From NCBI GenBank assembly GCA_905178155.1, contig CAJINV010000005.1:104254-168253 (forward strand): 64,000 nt of DNA, read 5' to 3'. This document shows, piece after piece, positions 24,701-36,827 of the stretch (within the stretch, counting starts at the first letter, position 1; the number at the start of each line of letters is the position of its first letter). The notes under the pieces are model-generated. The model did no database searches, was not told the origin of the DNA, and worked only from the letters and a program-made list of their open reading frames with translations. Origin of the DNA: Amoebophrya sp. A120. Taxonomy: Eukaryota > Protista > Dinoflagellata. A program made the translations under genes and the position numbers.

Positions 24701-26316
24701 AAGGCGATCGTCCTTTGAATGTTCTCCTTGTGTTCGTCGATCGGAAGCGCGACTGTCTGCAGATCCGGCGGCCTGGTGGCTGGCCCTGGTTGTGCTTCGC
24801 GGTGTCGCGGGTTCCAGTTCCGACTGTGCGTAGCCGAGTACACAGTTTGGTTGTGTTCTGTTGCCCACCTGGACTGGTTACTGGAAGCGCTAGTGCCATG
24901 CTTTCGGTACGAATCGGGAAAGAAATCCGCTAGCGAGGCCGGCTCCCGCATTTCAGGCGCGAACCTCCTCGCGGACTCCGATGACGCTGAGGATCTCCGC
25001 CAACTCCCGGAGCTGCAGCTGCTTGTTCCGCTACTTCGGCCCTCGGATTTACAGCCTTGCGATGTAGGTCCTCCTGACCACCGCTTCTGCTTGGAAAACG
25101 GTGGAAGTTTGCGGTTCCCGGAGCGCCGCACCGCGGTTCCGTCGCTTTTGACTTCGACATCGCGCGAACCTTCCATTGAAACATCAATGACTGCGGGGAG
25201 AACATCGTCTGCGATTTCCAATTTTTTGATGGCATTGCAGTTTCGCAATATTTCCAATGACAGCCAGCCCGCCGGATTTGTCTCTATCTCTTTCCGAAAG
25301 AAATCGTCCTTTCTTAGATTTTCATCGCTAAGGTAATACTCGATCTGACGCCGCAGCTGTGCCTGTTTCGCTTCGTCAAGGACGGGCGCAGCTGCTGCGG
25401 ACGAAGAAGTGCTTGATCTTGTTGGCACTGGAGGAGCACCCGAGCCAACCGGAGGTGGCGTCGTAGAAAGCGCTAAATGACCGCCCGTCGATTCGCATTC
25501 GTCAAAAACGCCCCGTAGCAAGCGCATTTCCGTTTCCTTGCATCGTTTCTTCTTCAGCTTGTGTACCCCTTTCGCACGCACCTCGGTGTCGAGTTTGCGC
25601 AGTGATGCAGCAATCTCGGGAAAACGCTCGGTGTCGAGTTTGTCGAGCGCTGAGGCATGTGGCCCTTCGTAGTCCTCGTCGTAATCTCTGTATCGCAACA
25701 CAAAAAGCCCCACGTCGGTCAGAATCTTTCGTACTTCATCCTTGTCTCCGTTTGACACAGCAACGTGAAGTGCTGGCTCTTCCCAGTGCAAGTCGAGACC
25801 CATCTTTGCACGCTCCATCGCGTTCCCCTCGCGCGTGACGATGCGGATATCCCTTTCTAGGGCCGGAAACTTCGCGAAAAAGTACGCGTACATGCGCCTA
25901 ATGCGCGTCCCGGCGCTGCGCCCGCCACCGAAAATATCAACGAGTTCGGGGTACTCGATGAAATGCGCCTCGGCGTTGCGGATCATCCACAAAAGGTCTT
26001 GCAGCCCGTAGCCCGACTTCACTTCTCCGGTGTTCCGGTCGAAATGTCCCCAGATCTTCTCCACGACGATACCATCAAGCTCCTGCCACCAGGACTTGTA
26101 CTCAAAATAGAACTGCCACGCCGCAAACTGGTGGTACTTGTAAGCGCCGTCGCGGTCCTTGCTGGACATGCGCTTGCACAGGCTGAGCAGCTCTTTGTTA
26201 CGGAGCTCCTCTTCGTCGGAGAACTTTGCATCCTCATCAAGCACGCTTCCGCTCAACGCAGACCCTGTGCTGGACGCGGCGCCATAAGTGGAGGAGGACG
26301 AGGAAGAGGAAGGCAT
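18787..26316 (-). CDS. Multidomain DEAH/RHA RNA helicase fused to a KEN (RNase L/IRE1-like) domain, ankyrin repeat, La motif and C-terminal C3HC4 RING
   Basis: KEN-like LQDLLWMIRNAEAHF...YAYFFAKFPAL; ANK-like PALHVAVSNGDKDEVRKIL; La QIEYYLSDENLRKDDFFR; helicase GETGCGKST, TQPRR, DEVHER, MSAT, TSNIAESSLTI, QRAGRAGR; RING CLICC...PCGHQCACEAC...CPLCR. GT-AG intron 19513-19725 (STDT|VLDV) links the RING exon in frame. Confidence 0.88.
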
Positions 26317-26862
26317 CTTTGTGCTAGCATTCACAACTTCGATGCCCCCGTCCTTAGTATCGGCGCAGAAAATTGCACGAACATCTCACGACAAAGAAAA
26401 CGATAACGAAAAATGCTTTTAGTCATGTACACTAGCGATCGACGCGAAGCTAAATACTGATCTCGGAATAAAATGAATCCAAAATCAGTGGGGATCAGAA
26501 CTCGCACTTCGCCGCACTGGTCGTCTTGCAGCTGATCTTGTTGGAGAGGATTGCTTTTTTGGAAGAGTTTTTCCCATTGATTTCTTTATGTTTCCCAAAA
26601 ACCAGGTACATCGTTGATTGCTTCGCCTTCGCGATACTCACGTTGGTACTCCCTAAGAAGTCAGTCTGGGTCGCTAGAGAATATTTGAGAGAAGCAAAAG
26701 TAGTCCCTTCTCAAGCGCTGCACACGTCGAAACCACTCTACTTTCCTGGAAGTTCAATCAGAATACCTAAGTCGTATGCGTAGCCCAATAAATCAAAAAG
26801 CAAGCGTTCGTCACTACTGCACAGTTTCCTTTATCCTTTCTTGTTTGAAGCAAACGCAAAAA

Positions 26863-29206
26863 TCATGGCTTCTGCCTCCACTTCGTTCTCTTCGACTTCA
26901 TTTCCGACTCGCCCTCTGGTTGTGCGGGTGGTCCACCCTCCCCGTAATTGTACTGTGCTCCCCCAGAGGACCCCCCGATGTTGCTGTCGTGGTAGTCCAT
27001 GCCGTGGAACCCGTTTGGCGTCCACCGGTCGTTTCTGTTCCCGGACCCGCGCTTGCCCTTCTTGCCCTTGCCCTTAGCTGAAGAACCGTTGTTGGCAGAA
27101 AAGTCCTCGTTTTTGTCGTAGAAGAAGGTTTTTTTCGCGTCCACGATAGGGTTCACGTAGTAGTCCGGAAGCAGCGGCTTAATCCGCGAGTCCACCACTT
27201 CCCAGGGGGTGTGCAGTAGCAGCTTGCGCGTCGCCGGGTCGGATTTCGCGACCTGAAATAGAAAAGTTCAAGTTGGCATGGGGACCGGCTATATTTCGTT
27301 CGCAAAAATCGCAACTGATGATGTACCCAACTGCGGCAACAACTCGTTGCAAAAATCGCAACCGACATTTGTCTGCACGCAACTACTTTCGGGACGAATC
27401 GAATAAAAGAAAACTTGCCTATAGCAAAAGTCAACAGCCATCTACTTGCATCACATCACAACAAGCTACCTCCAGTCCCTCCTTCAGTTCCCAGATCCAG
27501 TGTTCCATGAATTTCCCCTCTGCCTCGTACTGCTTGCTCTGTTTCACGACGTTAAACACGTTGTCCCGGGTCTGGAACCCCACGCCCGCGATCGTGATCC
27601 AGTTGCCGTAATTTGCCGCCACGTCGTGGTCCAACAGCGCGTGCTCGAAGTACTCCGCGCCCCACCGCCAGTCGATCTTCAGCGTGAACACCAGAAAGCT
27701 GGCCACGTTCTGCCGGCCCCGGTTGCTCATGAAACCGGTTTTGCGCAGTTCCCGCATCTGCGCGTCGACAAAGGGGAACCCGGTCTGCCCAAGAACCCAC
27801 TGGTTGAACTTCCGCACGTCGTTGTCCCACTTCCGCGTCCTGCCGGTCAGCCCGCCTTCGTAAAAGAAGTAGTTCTGGTGCTTCTGGATCGCGAAGTGGA
27901 GAAAATCCCGCCACAGCAGCTCGAACACCACCCAATAGGTCGATTCGTTTCTGGTGCCCGTCGTGTCCTCGTACAGCGCCAGCTCGTGGACGATGGTGCG
28001 GGGGGACACGCAGCCCGTCGCGCTGTACATGGAAAATTTCGTGGAGTAGTACTTCCCGAGGGAATCGTTCCGGGTCTTCTTGTATGTGGCCACCGCGTGC
28101 GTGTTCCAGAAATAGTCCTTTAGACGCTGCAGCGCGGCCCTCTCGCCACCAGTGTAGCTGGGTTTGGTTCCGGGCTGGAGGTCTTCGATCGTCGCCTCAG
28201 GGAGATGAGAGGCACGCCGGCTCTGCTCTTGATGTCCATCCGTAGTTTTCTCCATTGTTGCAACTCGCAGCAGCTCTGCCCAAATGGCATCTGCGGAACC
28301 TCCATTCACTGGAAACTGTCGGCCCTTCGAAGAAGATGAGTCTTTCTCGACGAGACCTTCATCCCCGAACAAACTTCGCAAGCTGACCACTTGCAACGGT
28401 GCTGGATCTCTGTTCCCGTTGCTGTTGTTGATGAGACAACGGGGTGCCACGTCGGCCATCACCGCTTTCTCTTCCGCTATTGCAAGCGACCGCGCGACAG
28501 CGGGACAATAGGTCCGACAAAACTCCCACGCGGGCACGGTGTTGGACTCGCGATCTTTTGTTAAACACTGCTCGACGACTTGGCGGAAACTGGTGTATTG
28601 GTCCTTTAACACCGGCTTCTTGCCGTCCGCGAAACTCCCGTCCAGGGGCCGAAAAGGGAAATTTTCTTCCGCAATGAGGGTGTCGTCCGTCACCAGGTGC
28701 ATCTTCGTGGCTTTGTGTCTTTTCGCAATCCGCTCCGCGCTCTTTTCCGCCTTCTCTTCGTAACTCCCGCGTTCCCGCGTGCAGACGATGTGTGCGAAAT
28801 GATCGCCAAATTTCTCCACAAAACTCGGCAGATCCAGCTCCGAGAGCCAGAGGAGTGGTTCTTCGGACTTGCTTGGCGCAGGGGGTGCGGCAGAAGGCGT
28901 AGCACATCTGCGCCGAAGTGTCTGCAGCGATTGTTCAATGTCATCGAAGCAGTCCTTGTAAAACTGTCGCCGCAAGGGCCCACAAGCTGGTAACTTTGTT
29001 TCGTTCCCGAACCGACTCCACTCCCGCTTTTTGTCCAGACACGCGACGAAGCACACCGGTAGCCCGAAGCTCCGCGCCTTCTCGATTCCGCGGCTGTCCG
29101 ACAGTCGCAGGTCGCTCTTGCGAAAGATGTACAGTACTGCGGACTGGGCCGCTCCGGCCGCTCGTGTGGGAGGTTGAAAACCGCTCATGGGGGAAGTTGG
29201 AGGCAT
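26863..29206 (-). CDS. CRY-DASH: Cryptochrome DASH, two exons
   Basis: GGERAALQRLKDYFW, YKKTRN, STKFS, NESTYWVVFELLWRDF, TGFMSNRGRQNVASFL, DVAANYGNW, FNVVKQSKQY. GT-AG intron 27253-27469 continues into VAKSDPATRKLLLHTPWE. Basic Gly-rich tail. Confidence 0.92.
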
Positions 29207-29915
29207 AGATGTTGAGTGAATCTATTCTTCAAAGTGGATTCACAAAAGAGTCCTCGTGTCACTACTTCTAAAAGAGTACGAATCTAGTTCTTGATCCTGC
29301 AGCTGTAACTACGTCTCCCCTCTCAGTCAAGAAGCGCAGCTGGAAGACAACTTTATCAAGTTTTGCGTTTGACAATCATTCCAATAGGTCGTGGTCGGTT
29401 CTAACAAGGGAAGTTGCTGATGTCGTGCGTCGTGTACTACTACAGAGCTAGAAAAGCGAGGGGTGTATCAAAGGGTAGCTTACTTAGAATGAAAAATGCG
29501 AGCGGGGTAACATCAAATCTGGGTAGTGGACCTGAAAAAAATGTAGTCATTGCTGGGTTGCAAATCTGACGACCCGGAAAAATACGCTGCAAAGATGCGG
29601 TTTGGCAAAGGACCCAAAAAGTGGCCTCAACGAAGAACATTGTCCGATCTAGCTCTACTGGTGGTTGACACCAAGACCGATTTTGCATTTGAACTACTGC
29701 ACCACGTAAATGCTTTTCGAACAGCACCTCTTGCTCTCTGTAGTGGCTCTGAATGCTGCTGCTCATGTTGCTTTCATCTTTCTTGCATTTGCAATCGCAC
29801 CGAGAACGAAGTCCTGCTGGTGCTTCAAACTTGTCCTCTATTCTCGTGTTCATACGTAACCGCCGTTCGTTGATGAACGAACTACCGGTACTGTTGTGTG
29901 TGTCACATTACAGAA

Positions 29916-32900
29916 TCAGAACTCGTTTTCCTCGTCGCTCCTGGCCTCCCCTGTGCCCGACGGGGCCTCCTTCGAAGCAACTGACTCCGCATCCGCGTCG
30001 CGTTCCAGCGGTGCGTTCCTTTGCTGCTCTCCTTGACCTTCATCACTATCCACCCCTTCCTGTCCCGCTTCTGCAGCAGCACCCTCTCCCCCGGTCGCAG
30101 GTGTGCCGTCGTCGGCGCCGGTGTTGGCGGAACCTTCTCGATGAACATAGAAGTACCAATACCCACCCGAAACCGCCGCTCCGAGGAGCGCGAGCGAAAA
30201 CAAGATCCAGAGCCACGGAAGGGTTGAGGGCTCTTCTTCTTCCTTCTTCGAGGCGGGTTTTGCTTCGTGCAAGTCGCAGTCAGAACCCTCGCAGGACATA
30301 CCTGGATTGGGAGGAGATCATGATCAATACCGTTGGAATAGTAGTAATTTTAGCTGGTAATTTGCTGGATGTTACTGAAAATTGCAGACGCAGACGACCA
30401 CTCACAACAAAAAATCTGCCATAATTCAACAAACATCCTCCATACCTGCAATATGCAGCACGGCGTAGGACAAACTCCAGTCCTCGAACGCTATGTCGAG
30501 TAGGTGGCGATTTTTCGTGGAATCCTCGCCCACGTACTCGTAAGGCACCTGCTTCGCGTCGACCAGATTCGTGTTGGTCGAGTTGAAATGCACGACGCAC
30601 GAAATTTCCATGCGAAAAGAGTTCGCAACATGCTCAGCAGATTTTTGCACCTCGACGGCGGAGGAAGAGGCAGCAGGCGTGCCTTCCGTGGTTATCCCCT
30701 GTTCTGCGTCCACGGACGCACGTTTGGCATGAACATTGCCACTTGTGGTGACGTTACGTTCGGCGACGAGCAACGCTTGCTTCTTCCCAGTGGTACTTGT
30801 CTCGAGCAAAATGGGCTGCACGGGCAAAACGTCAGTCACATCCACTGCGTGAAGGGTCACGTTGCTGTCGTGCTCGAGTAAAATCGCATGCACACCCTCC
30901 TCCATCGCACGATAGAACTCTGTCGCTCCAACAATCTGCCAGTAGTCGGTTTGCCCCGGGATGCTCAGACTGAGGGACATTTTGAAGGGCCCGTAGCCGA
31001 GTTTGGAGGATTCCATCTCAGAAACTGCCCCTGGAGCCGACGATGAAGCTCCGTTGTTTGTTGCTGCGTGTTCAACACGATCATCCTGTGTGTGTTTGCT
31101 GTTTTTGTCACCGGAATGATTTTTGCCCGTGCCCCTCTGCGACCTCGTTGCAGTCGCGGCTGTTATCGCTGGCGGAGGAACGTACTTGAAACTTCCGTCG
31201 CTGTTCTCCTTCGCTAGTGGCACGTTGTTCTGGCAAAACTCCCGCTTCTCCGGATCCAGGATGAGGTCGAACACCGAGCGCGCGGTCGGCGGCAGGGCGA
31301 CGTACCGTGGTGTGACTTGCTGCAATCGGACAAAGCACGTCGATGCGGAGTCGTTGGTCAGAGACGGGGCCACGGGCGCGAAAAAGATTTCGCAATCAAC
31401 TATCGCGTTGGACAGTAGCGACGGAGTAGTTGAGGCGTTATTCTGAAGAACGGTGGTTTGGTTCACAACTCCAGAGGACGAATTCCCGCTGGTATTGGAA
31501 TTGTTTCCTGTAACATTCAACCCCTGTCCACTCGGCACAATGACTTGAAAGCCTCGACAGTCGTTGTTGGTTATGCAGAACTGGGCACAAACATCTAAGG
31601 CACTTGTTGTGTGCACCACCGCTGCACTAGAGGTGTTGGTGCCGGTGCAACTGTGGCTCCCATACGGCTTGAAGAAGGACGCAGGGGCAGTATTGGGCGT
31701 CGATTGCTGGCCAGTAGATGCTGGTTGTCCGCTGGGAGTTTTCGTTGCTGCGGTAGAACCGCTGGAAACGGAACTTGGTGACCCTGAAGAACCAGAGCCG
31801 CCTGCGCCACCGAAACTGCCCCCGCCGCCACCACTGCCCCAAGAACCAGCACCCGTTCCTGGCCAGAAGGAATACACTGGCCAACCGGTACCGGATCCCC
31901 CACCGGGAGAACCAGGATTGTTCCAGCTGCCACCACTTCCGGCCGCGATCGGCCCAATGATATTAGCATTGCCGCCACTGTTCCCGTCATCCGTCTTCAC
32001 GCTGGTGTGCACCTTGATACTGATCGGAAACCCGCCCGCGCCACCGCCCGCCGTCCAGGTCGTGGTTGTGTTTTGTGTGCTGTTGCCCCCGGTCGTACTG
32101 CTCCCGCCTGACGAAGTGCTTCCGGCCGCGACCGTCGGGACGAAAGGCAAGTACGGATCGCCGTTCCGCATGTGGTAGATGTAATGATAATCGGTGGACG
32201 GGCGGTGCGGTGAGTAGTAGTAACCGCCATGACTGTTTTTGCATGGCGCTGGGGGCCCAATAGAAGTACCGCTGTCTTGATAAAAATGGTACCCCGGCGG
32301 AGGTTTATTTCGAAACCCGGCCGCCCGCGGATCCGTGTTGGCCCACTGCGCTATTTCCCAGTCGCGGAGCGCCTGCGAGTTCCCGTCCGCGCGCAGGTGT
32401 TGGTCTGTGTAGGCGTCGCGGGCGTTCTGTTGCGCCCGCAAGTATGCGAAGTACTGATTTTGGTCTCGGACGTTCACGCCATACGGGTCTTGGTAGTTCG
32501 GTGAGCGAATCGGAAACGCACTGTGATCCCGCGGACCGAAATTCGCATGTGGTGGTGGTGCGGGAAGTGGCATGACGTCGGGGCAGACACCGGCACCATC
32601 GATGTACACTGGTCGGACATTCGCGCCGGGCGCGACGCAGCTGATGCAGTTGTCCGGGCGAGTAGGGTTGCGACTCCAGCCACACTGGCTGCAACTGCGG
32701 TGGCAAGCGCAGCCGAAGATCAAGCGCTCGAGGTCATCGAAGCATTGGCTGTACGGGTTGACGGAGTGTCCCGTAGCGGAAACAGCTTGCTGTTGATGCC
32801 TCGTCTCCTGCTGCTGCAAACTTTTACTGCGCGCCACAGACGAGGCATGACTTTGTGTAGCTCTTTGATGTCTTGTAGCCAGAGAGGAAACTTCGAGGAA

Positions 32901-35900
32901 GCTTGTCGCCGCGCCTGCTACGACTTCTGGCGACGTTTCTTCTTCTTCGTCGTCGTAGAAGTCAGAGACGTCGTCAAGGGCTTCCGCTGTCCCCACATTA
33001 TCTCCGTTGCGAGCATGCGCACGCTGCTTATACGGATAACTGGCAGGAAACGCATTTGCATCCTCGTTCACAATCACATCGCCGCCGCCGCGCCACTGCG
33101 AGGCCGAGGATTGTAACCGGAAGGCGTCATCGGCTACTGCAGGGGAGGCCCTTGCGTCACCGCGGCGAGTAGTTTCAACACGACTTTTCCGGTGCGATCG
33201 ACTGTTTCTAGCTGCAGCTTCATCCTGGGCCGAGGATGAGTCTTGCTCCCTCGATGCAATATCACGTTCTCCTAGAGCGACGCCGTCTTCTTGCTCTCTC
33301 CTATGCAACGCCCGACTGATGTGTTGAGGACCCCGAACCGCACCACCTCTTGCTGCAAAGGAGTACGGCTTCTGCTGGTGCGCCGGCGCAAAGTGCACCG
33401 GTCCGGGAATGACCGCGAACCAATCCGCCTGGCTTGCCTTCCCGGACAAACACGGCAAGACCTCCTGTTGCTCGACACAAAGGTACTTTCCGCACCCGAC
33501 CGTGGCGCCGTTTCTACAGTGCAGGCGGATCTTGTACAGGAGCAATCCGGTGGTTGACTTCAACCGCCGCGGCTTCAGCTCGAATTCATAACGCATCGCC
33601 TGCGGCGCAGCCCGACCGTCGGTGATGACCCCGCTGGAGAGCCCGACGGCGCCGCGGGGCGGGAGGAGGCGTTGGTCCTGCGTGTCGTAAACCAGATCGC
33701 GGGAAAACAGGTTGGAACTGAGGGAACAGTCGCTGGCGTGAAAAAAATTCTGCGGCATGCTGTTCAACATCTTGCCGCCGGCTGCTCTATTGTTTTGCGA
33801 CACGGAGCCAGTCGTGGTACCCTCAACATTCGTTCTTGTTTCTAGGAAAGACGTGCTGGAACTTGCTGCGCCATGTTTCATCTCATTCTCCTCCGCCGAG
33901 CGCACCATCCACCCCCGAAACTCCGCTGCGTCGGCGGGGTCGCCCTCGTCCACCCTGCACGCACCCGGGCTCGCCGCAAGCAGGGGGTACCGCAGGCCGT
34001 TGGTGTACTGCGAGCGGAACCCGGGGCACACTTGCTTCACACCGTGTCCAAGCTGCACGAGACTCTGGCTGTCGAGCGAGTAGCACCCAGCCGGCTTTTT
34101 CCCGCAGTGGAATATGTGCGCTCGGAGCTGGATCCCGGGTGAGGGTGGGTCGTTGCTTCTTCCAGTGGTCACTGTCGCTTGTCCGGAAGCAGCTGTACCA
34201 CCTCCCGCGCTTTGATGCTGCTGCCCACCTCCAGGAACTGCAACGCCCCCTTGTGACTGACCACCACCACTTGCGCCACCTCCACTTGACGCGTTGATAC
34301 TGGCCTGTTGCCCAGTCGCAACACCAGTTGGCGAGTAGAACCCGTAGTACGGGTTGAAGCCGCCGGTCAGAAACCCGGGATACAAGCTGTTGTAGTTATA
34401 CGGCTGCCCTGCGGTTCCAAAGCCACCACCTCCCGTCTGGGTGCCGCCAAGCGTCTGCGAAATCGCCCCGCTGATGAGATTCTGCAAGGCCTTCTCCAGG
34501 TCCACCTGGGCGCTGGAGGAAGACTGCTGCGCGTGCACCTGCCGGGTGACCTCCTGGGCAATCAGGTTTTGCAAAGCGTCGGTAAAAGAGGTGGTGGAAT
34601 TATTGTTGGCGCTCTTACTGGTTGCAGCACTCGCTGCCAGCAGGGAGGAAACCCAGTTCGCGGCGCTCGATGCTCCGCCTTCTTGCAGCCCCTTCGAGTG
34701 GTCCTTCACACCTGTAGTCGCAAGGATGTGCGAAGAGACCTCCTGTGCCAATCGGCTGATTGCGCCCGAAAAGTCTTGCGGTGGAGCAGCAGCGGCAGGC
34801 CCTCCGCCACGGAAAAAAACTTGCTTTTCGTTTTGCATCCTTGACGGCGCATTTGCCTGTGCAGCTTGTTGCGGCAGATAATTCTGCGGGGCATTATTTC
34901 TCGTCTGCTGCACAAGGTTTGCGATCAGTGAGTCGAGCCCGGCGGGAAGCGGAAGGTGAGGAGGTTGCGTCAGCGGGGTGGTACCAACAGCACCCGGATT
35001 TATGTCTTCTTCACGAGAGACAGCCGCAACCTTATCGTAGTGCGGAAGGTTGCCGGTAGAAGTATCTTCCGCACCTTTTCCTTGCGGCACCGATGCCGCA
35101 ACGTACTGGTCCTTGGGGTAGCGATCAATCGCACCTCTATCTGGACTAACTTCAGAATTTGCTGAAGCATCAGGAACCGTCGGCCTGTTTTCTAACGTTT
35201 CGTCGAATATTTCGTCCGTTGCACTGGCTTCCGCTTCCGCGACATCGCCGTCAACGTTCATTTCCTGCTTGAAAGCTGGCGCAGTTTGACGCTGCCCCGG
35301 CTGCGGTTTTCTCCTTTTCCCGTGCTTCCGATGGTCCTGGCGAGGCTCAACGCCAAGTCGCTTGATTACCGGCTCATCTGCATGCGAGTCGCCAAGAAGT
35401 GCCTCTCCGGCACCGTGAGAACGGTGGTGCTGCGCAGGTCTCTTCTTGTGCTTCCTCCTTCCGTGCGCCACCACGTCTCCCTGCTCCGACAATACCGCAC
35501 CCACTACTGCGGCGTGGGAACGCGAAGTAGAAGCCCCCTCGGCTTTTACAGCAGTACGTTCTTCTGCAGATGAATTCTCGTCTCCTTTGCCTTTTGCCTT
35601 CGCTTTTTCCCCGCGGTGCTGCTGTGCTGAGATCTCGTGTCGCAGTGGCTTTTTCGTTCCATGCCCGCGTCTTTTAGTCTGCGACAGTGCAGAAGTGCCA
35701 GTTGAACTAGAACTACTGGCACGGGTGTGTTTCACAAGAACTGTGTCCGAGTGCGTGTGCGTTGCTGACACGCGCGACTTGGCGCCTGTTTTTCCTTTGC
35801 GCGCCCCTCTCTTCCTCGTCTTGCTTTCCCGGGAGAACGCCGCCTGCAGCTTGCCTTTCTTTTCGGGTCGGATTCTAGTCTCTACTCTTGCTTTCGTTGC

Positions 35901-36218
35901 TGTTGGAGCCAACTTCGATTTCATCTCGGGCCGTAGCGCATCCTGCAGTTCCTCCCCCTCATCGGATACAGAAGATACCTCTGTAGTTGTGGCCGAATCG
36001 GTGGTCGCTTCCTGGGAACCCGGTGGATCGGCTTCAACATTTCTTAATTCGGTGCGCAACAACGCGCCGGGCCTCCGAGGATGGTGGACCGGCGCGGCCG
36101 TATTCTCGGCCGAGACGGGACCGATGGTCGTCTGCAAAAGGAAAACAAGCAACAGTGACACGGCAAGAAGCACTGGTCGAAAAATAGAGACGCAGTCGCA
36201 AGGAAGAGAGCCCAGCAT
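29916..36218 (-). CDS. Large secreted type-I membrane protein with furin-like Cys-rich and PAN/apple-like domains
   Basis: Signal-like VLLAVSLLLVFLLQTTIGPVSA; CHRSCSQC...CISC; CAQFCITNNDCRGFQ...CEIF...C. GT-AG intron 30302-30445 (HIAG|MSCE) adds TM helix LPWLWILFSLALLGAAVSGGYWYFYV and an acidic tail. Confidence 0.8.
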
Positions 36219-36827
36219 CTTCTTCTCTTGTGTCGTGCTCCCGAGATATTTTACGAAGATCAAAAACGGCGAAGAACTACGTCTCAGAATAAGACACCAC
36301 ACCAAGTGCGTCGCACTGAGCCTATCTCACTACGATGAAGCTTGTGCTGCAGTTTGTTCATCAACCACAACGAATCCGAAGCGCTCTCTTAACAGCTCAG
36401 CGCTACAACGTGTCCGATACCGGGACGCGATTGCGTATAAACAACAATCACTCGTCTGCCGACTGACGACTCTCATCTCAGTCAGTACCGCACATGCACT
36501 GCAACGAATCCGACGCGATAAGATCACTAAAGCTCACTCGTTTACTGCTCTCCTCGTCGTGAGGACGAGAGTACTCGACATCTGCGAAGTCGAGAGAGGT
36601 CTTTGCAAACGACCACGCGGCCACCCCATCAGAACTAACACAAAAATTCTCGGCGCAGCAGGGGATGTTTGTTTCTCTTGATCCCGCAGATTAATACGTG
36701 CCGTGTTCATTTTGTGGGTCACTACATCTGCTCTCGCCGCATCAACAGCAGCACGACGGGAGAATGATTCATAATTGTCTCACAGAAGAAAATGCACGCC
36801 TTTTCCTCTCCAGCAGAAAGCGATTGA

